Positions 36,572 through 44,990 of a stretch of DNA of 64,000 nucleotides are shown piece after piece (position 1 is the stretch's first letter; each line of letters starts with the position of its first letter). The stretch is from Desulfuromonas sp. (lineage in GTDB: Bacteria > Desulfobacterota > Desulfuromonadia > Desulfuromonadales > UBA2294). The notes below the pieces were generated by a model. It ran no database searches. It was given only the letters and a program-made list of their open reading frames with translations, and was not told the DNA's origin. Position numbers and translations under genes: made by a program. The DNA is taken from NCBI GenBank assembly GCA_002869615.1, contig PKUH01000095.1:70039-134038 (forward strand). The letters run 5' to 3'.

Positions 36572-37480
36572 TCAGCTATTGGGAACCAACAGCCACTCAG
36601 CTGGACAAAGATCTGATGTATCTAAATGAGACACATTAAACCAACGCTCCGGACGAACAACTATTTTATCAGGATTCCTTCCCAACCAAGCCCCCCACCA
36701 ACTAAACGAACTATTTGCGATAATATGATGTTTACAATGCGCCATAAGAAACAAATCCTTGTATCCCATGTCATGGTTGTGATCGACATAAAATCCCTGG
36801 CCCTTTACTTTAATGTTTTGCTTAACCCACTCAATATCATCAGAAAAAAAACAATAGCATGGTGTCTCTATTGAATCTTCAATCGCCTGAAACGCACGTC
36901 TGTAATATTCTAAAGTGCAATGCCCATGCGCTTCAGCAATTTTCGGAGCTGTTACATAATCACCACGACGAACATGGACAGAAACCACATCAAGATTCCT
37001 GAATTCATCAATCAGATCCTGATTTATTTTACCGACAGGTTCTCTCGGAGAAAAGTCATTCAACAATTGAGGACGAATGTCTTTGAAATATTTTTCTGAC
37101 TGCCAATAACCTTGCAGATAACTATTATTTCTTGCAGATAAAGCCTGTGGCTGAAAAGCAAATCCACGTTCTTTTATTAGATTGGGCGCTTTCAGAGAGA
37201 AACCTAATTTTCTTTTTGTTTTTGCAAGATTAAATTTAACCCCTCCGACTTCCTGAAACAATTCCATGAAAATATCTTGCGAAGTTCCTGTAGATGCGTC
37301 AATTGAGAAATGTTTCAGCTCATATTCCCTGAAGGTTGTATTAGGTATTTCAACACCGAGAGCAGAAGTATCAAGCATTAAACTGGTGCCATGCTTTAAT
37401 GCCAACTTACGCCCCAAAGCATATTGAAACATCTGATTACCCAGACCGCCCATCAACTTAACTGCAATCATCTGGACCAC
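36572..37480 (-). CDS. Alpha-1,2-fucosyltransferase (GT11)
   Basis: 302 aa. GGLGNQMFQYA N-terminus, the HVRRGDY motif, and C-terminal NSSFSWWGAWL are GT11 hallmarks. Confidence 0.85.
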   Translation of the reverse strand: MVQMIAVKLMGGLGNQMFQYALGRKLALKHGTSLMLDTSALGVEIPNTTFREYELKHFSIDASTGTSQDIFMELFQEVGGVKFNLAKTKRKLGFSLKAPNLIKERGFAFQPQALSARNNSYLQGYWQSEKYFKDIRPQLLNDFSPREPVGKINQDLIDEFRNLDVVSVHVRRGDYVTAPKIAEAHGHCTLEYYRRAFQAIEDSIETPCYCFFSDDIEWVKQNIKVKGQGFYVDHNHDMGYKDLFLMAHCKHHIIANSSFSWWGAWLGRNPDKIVVRPERWFNVSHLDTSDLCPAEWLLVPNS

Positions 37481-37516
37481 CAGGCATGATATATTCTTTC
37501 ACACTATTCCTCGCTA

Positions 37517-38446
37517 TTAAGAGTTTGATTCAATGAACTTGTCTCTGCGATGAGCCACCATTTTATTAAACTCTTTAATGTCATAAACTTTTTTATCAGT
37601 ATTAAAACGGCACAGTTTGGAGACCCAAAGCTTTACCATTTCACAAGTTACATTATCTTTTGAATTCAGGTCGGCCATTAACGCTAAATGAGTTTCCAAC
37701 TCGGCCTCTGATATGTTCGGTACGAGCTCACGAACAAGTGTTTCGCGAATAATGTTTGCGTTAGCAGACTGGATATCAGCGTACTTTGTAGAAATTTGGT
37801 CTCGGTGCCGCCTGTAATACAGTAGAGGCCGGTTTAAAATATGAAGTTTCCCATATTGCATAATCCGAAACCAAAATGCATAGTCTTCACAGAATTCAAA
37901 TTCGGGTTCATATTTCAAATTATTCTCAACAATTACACTTCTTCGAATAATCGAGGTTGGATTGCCTATAGGCGAGTTCCGAAGCATTAATACTCTGATT
38001 TTTTCATCCGGCACGTGGAAGTAATGACGCGATGAAAAAGTAGCTTTACCATTGATAAGTTTTCGATAATGGGTTCCACATGCGACGTATTCAGGATTTT
38101 TCTCCATAAAACGGAATTGGAGCTTTAATCTGTCCTTGTGACAAATATCATCAGCGTCCAAGCGACAGATGTACTTACCTTTACATTGTGTCAAACCATT
38201 ATTTACGGAATCAATGATGCCCAAATTCCCCAGATTGTTGATTAGGCGAATACGGTCATCTTGAAAACTTGAGATAACCTTCTCAGTCCCATCTTCCGAA
38301 CCATCATTGATAATAATGAATTCAAAATTTCTAAAACTTTGAGATAAGACACTTCCTATAGTTTCCTTTATAGTTTTTTCAGCATTAAATGCTGACATCA
38401 ATACTGATATCGGTATCTTATATTCTGTCATTTTTGGCTTATTCAT
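37517..38446 (-). CDS. Glycosyltransferase family 2
   Basis: 309 aa. ISVLMSAFNAEKTIKETIGSVLSQSF.NFEFIIINDGSEDGT and RLDADD (DxD). Confidence 0.9.
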   Translation of the reverse strand: MNKPKMTEYKIPISVLMSAFNAEKTIKETIGSVLSQSFRNFEFIIINDGSEDGTEKVISSFQDDRIRLINNLGNLGIIDSVNNGLTQCKGKYICRLDADDICHKDRLKLQFRFMEKNPEYVACGTHYRKLINGKATFSSRHYFHVPDEKIRVLMLRNSPIGNPTSIIRRSVIVENNLKYEPEFEFCEDYAFWFRIMQYGKLHILNRPLLYYRRHRDQISTKYADIQSANANIIRETLVRELVPNISEAELETHLALMADLNSKDNVTCEMVKLWVSKLCRFNTDKKVYDIKEFNKMVAHRRDKFIESNS

Positions 38447-38562
38447 AGTTACTTCAATTACACATGATTAATATCTGCAAATTTTTGAACGTAAAAAGCA
38501 TGATTATAAAAACAAACTAATACCGGATAGGTACTGATCAGATAGTATTCAAACTCTTACAT

Positions 38563-39336
38563 TTAAAATTTTACGTACCAGTCATCAAACTGGGAGAGAG
38601 CTTCGAATTTTCTTTTGTAGCCATTACTAGTCAGCAACTCATAAATTTTATCTCGATCCTTTGTATAATTATGTTCGCAAGTAATGACTCGAAACTGATA
38701 CCGATTAAAGTCAAAATTTTCCAATATTTCATACTCGCTGCCCTCAGTATCAATAGACAAGTAGTCGATTTCACTTGGAGCGTTATATGTTTCAAGCATA
38801 TCTAAAAATGATATTGTTTCGACATCATATCTAACACCTGATTTACGGGACTCAGAATGCATATCTCCAGAAGAATAATTATCGATTGTCGAGAACTCTC
38901 CTATTTCAGTTTCGTTAAACTTAATTACTTCCCCAGATTTCGACCAGACACACTTCGTTTCAACCTTACAAGACCTATTACTATTTAGTTCGGCATGCCA
39001 CTTTCTTGCTGGCTCAGCGACAATCCCATCCCACTGAAATTCTTTTTCCAGTAAGTAAGTATTGGATAATGTCAGCCCATTCGTGGCTCCAAACTCTACA
39101 AAGTATCCGTTCTTTTTAAAATTTAATTCACTCAAAACAAACAAGTCTTGTCTGATTTGCGACCGAGACTTATCTAATAGGTCGATACATGAACTTCGGG
39201 AATCAGAACGAATAGTCTTTAAAAACTCGAGAACCTGGAGGCAATCGGAGCTTTGCGCGGCATTTTGTATTCGCCTCTCAACGGATGATTTTCTCATCAA
39301 TTTATAATCAAAAATTTTCTGTAAAATCTTTTTCAT
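38563..39336 (-). CDS. FkbM family methyltransferase (intact, paralog 1)
   Basis: 257 aa. VEFGATNG SAM motif and IDYLSIDTEGSEYEIL FkbM motif. Confidence 0.8.
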   Translation of the reverse strand: MKKILQKIFDYKLMRKSSVERRIQNAAQSSDCLQVLEFLKTIRSDSRSSCIDLLDKSRSQIRQDLFVLSELNFKKNGYFVEFGATNGLTLSNTYLLEKEFQWDGIVAEPARKWHAELNSNRSCKVETKCVWSKSGEVIKFNETEIGEFSTIDNYSSGDMHSESRKSGVRYDVETISFLDMLETYNAPSEIDYLSIDTEGSEYEILENFDFNRYQFRVITCEHNYTKDRDKIYELLTSNGYKRKFEALSQFDDWYVKF

Positions 39337-39405
39337 AAGTACGTCCTATCCAAGGTTATAAAAACCTTTCTAAATAAGCAATGTGACCATTTTCATTACT
39401 TCTTA

Positions 39406-40128
39406 TCAATCGAATGAAACGTAGTTAAACCCCTCCCAGCTATCTCTAATAAAGAACAAATCCATTTGCCATAAAGAATTGTCGTATTTTCGATGGCATA
39501 TATCTACTAAATCAATAACACGAAACCCTTTATCTGCGAGAAAAGCACAAAGCTCCCAAAATAGAAGAGCTTCGTCTGTAAATTTATAATTATACGCCTC
39601 AATAATTAACGCTGTTGTCCTTTCGAGAGTTTTACTAGCCCCTTCAAGAATACTTTTTTCATATCCATGCGTGTCCAGTTTCAAAAGAAAAGGTTCTTCA
39701 CATTGCAATTTTGATACACTAGAATCAATTGAGGTCATATCCACCTCTATTGTTACATCTGTTTTTTTTGCAGATAATGCGCCACCAAATGGATCTGCCG
39801 CATGAAAAAAAGTTATTCCCTCAGAAGGGCCAACTGCCTTTTTCACTATGGTAGTGTTCTTGTATTGACTATTGAATGAATCTAAGGCCTCACCATGAAC
39901 CGGTTGTGGTTCAAAAAGCACATAGTCTGCTTCTGGGAAAAAGTCCATACATTCTTTAGACCAACAACCGTTTGAAGCGCCGACGTCAAGAACTGTTTTG
40001 ATATTGAAATTTTGAAGGCTCAACCATTCTATCCCTTTTTGACTGGTTGCACGAGGCAGCCTGCGCACCTCGTATCCTCTCGCTTTGAATAAGTACTTAA
40101 TGAATTTATTCATTGGTGCTCCCTGCAA
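39406..40128 (-). CDS. FkbM family methyltransferase (intact, paralog 2)
   Basis: 240 aa. LDVGASNG SAM motif and FLLKLDTHGYEKSILEGA FkbM-like motif. Confidence 0.8.
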   Translation of the reverse strand: MQGAPMNKFIKYLFKARGYEVRRLPRATSQKGIEWLSLQNFNIKTVLDVGASNGCWSKECMDFFPEADYVLFEPQPVHGEALDSFNSQYKNTTIVKKAVGPSEGITFFHAADPFGGALSAKKTDVTIEVDMTSIDSSVSKLQCEEPFLLKLDTHGYEKSILEGASKTLERTTALIIEAYNYKFTDEALLFWELCAFLADKGFRVIDLVDICHRKYDNSLWQMDLFFIRDSWEGFNYVSFD

Positions 40129-40259
40129 TTCAAATATTTTAAAAATGACAAATGGTCACGTATGTATTTCCTCTGGATCTTTAAAATCAGTTATTCCAAA
40201 AATCATTACTACAATCGGGTTAAATCAAACACCCATCAAATACACTAACTTCTTTTGCT

Positions 40260-41048
40260 CTATTTTAATGCAAGATAGTTTGTCGTAACAAATTGCTCAT
40301 ATCTTTCACTATAATTAGTTATTGGTAATAAATATCCGGATGGGGTAATTCTGAATAACTTGTAATTTCTGCTACTAAAAAAATCCCAAAAATCCTTAAA
40401 AAAAGTTCTCGTGTCGATGTTGCATCCGCCGAATTCAAACATAACTGCAGATATCGTCTTTTCCTTGAATACATCAAGAGCACCTTGCAGAACATCAAGT
40501 TCATGACCTTCAACATCCATTTTCAATAAATCAATTCTCTCTATATTGTTTTCGGCACAATAAATATCAATAGTATTGATTTTGACTGTTTATGATTTAT
40601 CAAACTCAATACCAAAGTGCAATAAATCCCGCTTTGTCAAAGAGGCAAGTCCTGAGCCGGATTCGTCATAATGCAATACAGCTTCTTCCTTTTTCTTTCC
40701 CATTCCAAAGTTATTTTTGACTACCCTGTTGTCCTCGCATGACGAAAGCAGTTTACTGAATGTCTCCTTGCTCGGCTCAAAACAATGAATCGAAAAATCT
40801 CTATCGCCCAGTTTATCAAGCGCTAAGCCTAAAAATTGACCTTTATTTGCACCGACATCAAAGATGCAGAACGGCTCTTCAAGCTTTGTCTTCAATAATT
40901 TAAAGACACTGAACTCTCCACTTGAACTGGCAGAACTTGCAGAGCCAATACCCATCAAGTTTTGACAGAATTTAACACGTTTTTCCAGAAAACTCTGTAT
41001 CAGTCTATTCCCGGACAACTGAAATAATATTCTTTTTTTCAAATTCAT
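40260..41048 (-). pseudogene. FkbM family methyltransferase interrupted by an in-frame TAA (paralog 3)
   Basis: Track ORFs 40590..41048 (FDVGANKGQF) and 40260..40526 (KMDVEGHELDVLQGA) are in the same frame. TAA lies at 40592-40590. The intervening 21 codons read TVKINTIDIYCAENNIERIDL, continuous with the FkbM fold. Confidence 0.8.
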
Positions 41049-41408
41049 TGAAATAGACCTTCCCTCTCTGTCACAAGAAAACTATAAGGACTCTTAAACA
41101 TCACCCAATCGCTCGATACGTATTCGTCAAGGTAGTCACCAGACATTAACTTTATGATCCCCCGAAGTGACTCCACAGGACTCGTAAGATGATTCACGTA
41201 CTATCTAACGGGTTATGTACAATAGTAAAATTCGTAACCTGCAATGGGCTGTTAGCGTTACCACATTTTGACCTGATTACCCTCTTGACGATCATCCAAT
41301 ACTCAAACCGTTATTAATACAGTTGTAATAATTGACAATTTATACTCTATTCCCTAATACAATTGAAACAAAGTCACTTCTGAGCGTCTGAGCTAAATTA
41401 CCGTCAAA

Positions 41409-42284
41409 TCAACGAAGATTAAACGGTAACAGTTTTTCTTCCCACTCATCTTCGTTCCATAAAATATGTTTATACATGGTAGCCCTATTAATTCTACCCA
41501 TTTTCTTTGACATAGATCGACTTCTAAAAAACAAGTGTTTATTGATTAAATATAATATTTTCAGAAGAGTATAGTTTCGCCTAACGCTCCGATTACACGA
41601 TTTCCTCATATCACTAATTGCACGCATCATTTCACTTATAGTCAATTCTTTGTTTAGTATTGCTCTATTGGAGTTATGTTTTCTATAACCACCTAAGACA
41701 CAGCCAACAGAATATAAATCAGCATGTAGAAAGAAACGGCTCCAGAGTTCGCCATCTACCATTAATTTATAAGACTGATTAACGAATCCCCCTGTTTTTT
41801 CCCACAAAGACCGTTTCCAGAAAACCGATTCTTGCTGAATCCAATTATAATTCCCTAAAAGGTAATCATATATATTTTTATGAACATCAAAAGTGTGCGT
41901 CATCGCCCCTTTTTTATTCCAAGAAGTGGGTATACACATTATCCACTCGACATGCTCAAATTGATTGAAAATTTCAACAACAGCACTAAAAGACCATGGT
42001 GTATATTTATCGTCACTGTTAATCCACGCCATGATTTCACCAGACGATTGCGCAAACCCCTTATTCAGCGCATCGCCATGACCTTTATCTTTTTCACTCA
42101 CCCAGTAATGCAACTGATCCTCATATTTTTTTATAATATCGACGGAACCGTCTGTACTGCCTCCATCAATAATAATATATTCCAGGTTTTCATATCCTTG
42201 ACTCAAAACAGACAGAATCGTTTCCTCAAGATAATCGGCCTGATTATAAGATGGTGTAATGATCGATATTTTAGGTTGTTGCAT
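41409..42284 (-). CDS. Glycosyltransferase family 2
   Basis: 291 aa. [42 protein letters not shown] and INSDD. Confidence 0.9.
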   Translation of the reverse strand: MQQPKISIITPSYNQADYLEETILSVLSQGYENLEYIIIDGGSTDGSVDIIKKYEDQLHYWVSEKDKGHGDALNKGFAQSSGEIMAWINSDDKYTPWSFSAVVEIFNQFEHVEWIMCIPTSWNKKGAMTHTFDVHKNIYDYLLGNYNWIQQESVFWKRSLWEKTGGFVNQSYKLMVDGELWSRFFLHADLYSVGCVLGGYRKHNSNRAILNKELTISEMMRAISDMRKSCNRSVRRNYTLLKILYLINKHLFFRSRSMSKKMGRINRATMYKHILWNEDEWEEKLLPFNLR

Positions 42285-42330
42285 TAAGACTCCCCTCAGA
42301 TGTTCATAAAAATTTTTATACTAAAAACAA

Positions 42331-43365
42331 CTAAAGGCTAAAATAGCCTAATCGCTTGCAGACCTTGTACTTCCGCAGCAGGTTGAGCGGTTTCTTCTTC
42401 AGATGTCCCAGCCCGCGCTCGATCAGACCATCGGCCGCATCGAGCACCCGTTCGCTCGACCTGCCGTCATGGTAAGGATGGATAAGGTCCGTATACTTCC
42501 TGATTTCCTCCATGATCTCCGGCGGTTGAGTCAATGCGTATTCAATCGATGCCTCGAGCTTTTCCGGGTCGTCAATATCGATCATGTGCGGCCCTGGCGC
42601 CTGGTTCCTGAAGGTTACGACAGGCTTCTGCTGTAGCATAAACTCGGACAGGATCGACGAGGTGTCGCAGACCATGACATCGGCAGCACGCAGCAGCGGG
42701 ACGATATCGTCGGTATCGGGAAAATCGAGATATTCCCCCTGGATCGCCTTGTAGGAAGCCACTACTTCCGGGGCCATCTTCGGATGCAGGTTGATCAGCC
42801 ATTGCCACTTGCCGGTTTTCGACAACCGGGTGATGGTCTCGAGCAGCGGCATGGCGCAGCTCATGCGCGGCGTGAAGGTCGATCCGAGCATCACCACCGG
42901 CCGGTCGTACTGCGGGATATCATCCCTTTGCCAATACATCGGGTCCATTTTCGGCCAGCCGGTCTCGACCACTTCGAAGTAGCCGTGTTTTTTCGCCAGT
43001 TCGTTGAACGGACCGGTCGTATCGGCTCCCTGGGTCACATAGAGATCGAAGAAACCGCGGATCCGGAAGTGCCCCTTGCTATCGGAGAACTTGTTGGCAA
43101 TAAAGCCGTGGTTGACCTGGACCTTGATCCCGGGAAAGAAGTGCGGCACCCAGTTGCCGGGAACGAAAACGGCATCCGGTTTGTAGGCAAGTACCTCCTC
43201 GACCGACGACAGCAACCGCTCGTTTTCGGTGAGGTGTTCCGCCCCATCCTTCTCGAAAAACCAGGCGACCTCGGCGCCGCGCGCCCGGGCCGCCTTCTGC
43301 ATCGGCCGGAGTATCCCGAGAGCATAGAGTTCCGAGACATACATCAGGTATCGCTTGTGGCTCAT
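42331..43365 (-). CDS. CDP-glycerol glycerophosphotransferase (TagB/TagF)-like protein
   Basis: The C-terminal half has LGSTFTPR...WLINLHPK...LLRAADVMVCDTSSILSEFMLQQKPVVTF, resembling the Glyphos_transf family. The start at MSHKRY (43365) gives an ATGA overlap with the upstream GT2 stop. The gene is strikingly GC-rich compared with its neighbours. Confidence 0.5.
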   Translation of the reverse strand: MSHKRYLMYVSELYALGILRPMQKAARARGAEVAWFFEKDGAEHLTENERLLSSVEEVLAYKPDAVFVPGNWVPHFFPGIKVQVNHGFIANKFSDSKGHFRIRGFFDLYVTQGADTTGPFNELAKKHGYFEVVETGWPKMDPMYWQRDDIPQYDRPVVMLGSTFTPRMSCAMPLLETITRLSKTGKWQWLINLHPKMAPEVVASYKAIQGEYLDFPDTDDIVPLLRAADVMVCDTSSILSEFMLQQKPVVTFRNQAPGPHMIDIDDPEKLEASIEYALTQPPEIMEEIRKYTDLIHPYHDGRSSERVLDAADGLIERGLGHLKKKPLNLLRKYKVCKRLGYFSL

Positions 43366-44162
43366 TTCAACATCTTCCCGTTTCCTCGAAGCTTTTCCAT
43401 GCGATACAATGTCCACAAACCAGCATACTTGTTAAATGCTCCCTGGCTATACATAACGGCCATAATGAAGCCGACGCGGCCATCGAGAAAGCCTCCCCTC
43501 AGGATGTAAATTTGGATAAAAACCAAAATGCCCCTGACCGTTGCACCAACCAACCCGCCCTTTTTTCCTTTTTGGTATCGTTGTTGTGCACCAAGCCAGG
43601 CATAGTGGGCATTCTTGTACAATGTCTGGCCGAAATCCCGATGTGTAAAATGAAGTAAACGCCCCTTCATTTTTCCGGCTTTCCCTGGAGCGGTTATGAC
43701 TGTTTCATGAACCATTGCATCGGTAAACCTTGCACCTTCACGTTTAAACAACCGCAAAGGGGCTCGAGCACTACGCCCATAATCGAGGCGCTTCCCAAAA
43801 ATAGTCACCGCCCAGGGCAGAAAATAAGCGACTTCCTGAACATCCCGCGCCAACATGTCTTGAATTTCATCTTGAAGTTCGGGGGTCAATGCTTCATCTG
43901 CATCAATAGCCAGAACCCAGTCGCAACTGGCCTTTTCCAGAGCTCGCTGCTTCTGTTTGCCATAGCCAGGCCAATCAGTGACAAATACCTGTTCGGTATA
44001 TTGTCTGGCAATCTCTACGGTCCGATCGTCGCTACCACTATCAAGGACGATTATTTCATCGGCCAGATCTTTGACCGAATCGAGGCAGACTGGAAGACGG
44101 TCCTCTTCGTTCTTGGTGATAATAGTTACCGATAATGTCTGTCGAACAGAAGAGTTATTCAT
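43362..44162 (-). CDS. Glycosyltransferase family 2, LPS-core type (WaaE/KdtX-like)
   Basis: 266 aa. LSVTIITKNEEDRLPVCLDSVKDLADEIIVLDSGSDDRTVEIA and LAIDADE. Confidence 0.85.
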   Translation of the reverse strand: MNNSSVRQTLSVTIITKNEEDRLPVCLDSVKDLADEIIVLDSGSDDRTVEIARQYTEQVFVTDWPGYGKQKQRALEKASCDWVLAIDADEALTPELQDEIQDMLARDVQEVAYFLPWAVTIFGKRLDYGRSARAPLRLFKREGARFTDAMVHETVITAPGKAGKMKGRLLHFTHRDFGQTLYKNAHYAWLGAQQRYQKGKKGGLVGATVRGILVFIQIYILRGGFLDGRVGFIMAVMYSQGAFNKYAGLWTLYRMEKLRGNGKMLK

Positions 44163-44189
44163 TCATTTCCATCCAATATAGAATGATGG

Positions 44190-44987
44190 TTATTTTTTGG
44201 CCCAAAGAACGTTTTCATTTTTTTGAACTTGATCCAGATATCCCCGATCAGTCACAGTCAGGCCATTGCTTGAAAAAAGGTGTGGTTCGTATTCATAATC
44301 ATACATAAAGTCGAGGAACTCATCCGGAGAGACCCCGGCCTGCCTCATGAAATGCGGAGAAAATTCAGCCATGATCAATGGGCACACCCCTAAAAGCGCT
44401 TTGGCTCCCTGCAGGACTTGAAATTCATAACCTTCCGTGTCGATCTTGATCAAACGAGGAAAAAGTTCGGGAGAAGTATTTTTATTCCAGTAATCATCAA
44501 GGACAACTGTACTGATTTAGATAGAGTCTCCATCATTGATTGGCAACAAGGAATGACGACCAAGGTTACGGTTAGAGTATCGATATAACCTTTTCGTCCC
44601 TTCCTCATTCGATAAAGCATATTTTTCAGCCTTTATCCTACGACAATTGTTCAACTGAATGTTCTGGCAGAATAGATCGTAGTTCATATCATCTGGTTCA
44701 AATGAAAAGACTTTCTTACAGGAAGGATGATATTTATCAACGAGAACCGAGTACCAGCCAATATTTGCACCGATATCTATAAAAACATCATTTTCCTTGA
44801 ATTCGACTCCCTTTAAAAACCACCTGGTTATTTCCGGTTCATAAATCCCCCTCTTGAAAATCGACCTTCCGACCACATCAAAAGCAGCGATATTAAATGC
44901 CAAGTTCAAGTCGGGAGCACAAGCCCTGAGTCTTTTTTTTCTCAAAACCTGTGTCTGAATTAAATAACTAAGAGATTTCAGCATCAC
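44190..44987 (-). pseudogene. FkbM family methyltransferase interrupted by an in-frame TAA (paralog 4)
   Basis: Track ORFs 44517..44987 (IDIGANIGWYS) and 44190..44453 (IKIDTEGYEFQVLQGA) are in the same frame. TAA lies at 44519-44517. The intervening 21 codons read ISTVVLDDYWNKNTSPELFPR. Confidence 0.8.
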
Positions 44988-44990
44988 TTA

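Noticed and set aside
33100-44990. The AT-rich island as a mobile genetic element (transposon, integrative element or prophage).
   Set aside because: I saw no integrase, transposase or recombinase gene, no tRNA at either border, and no flanking direct or inverted repeats. It is more consistent with homologous replacement of a glycan cassette between conserved flanks.
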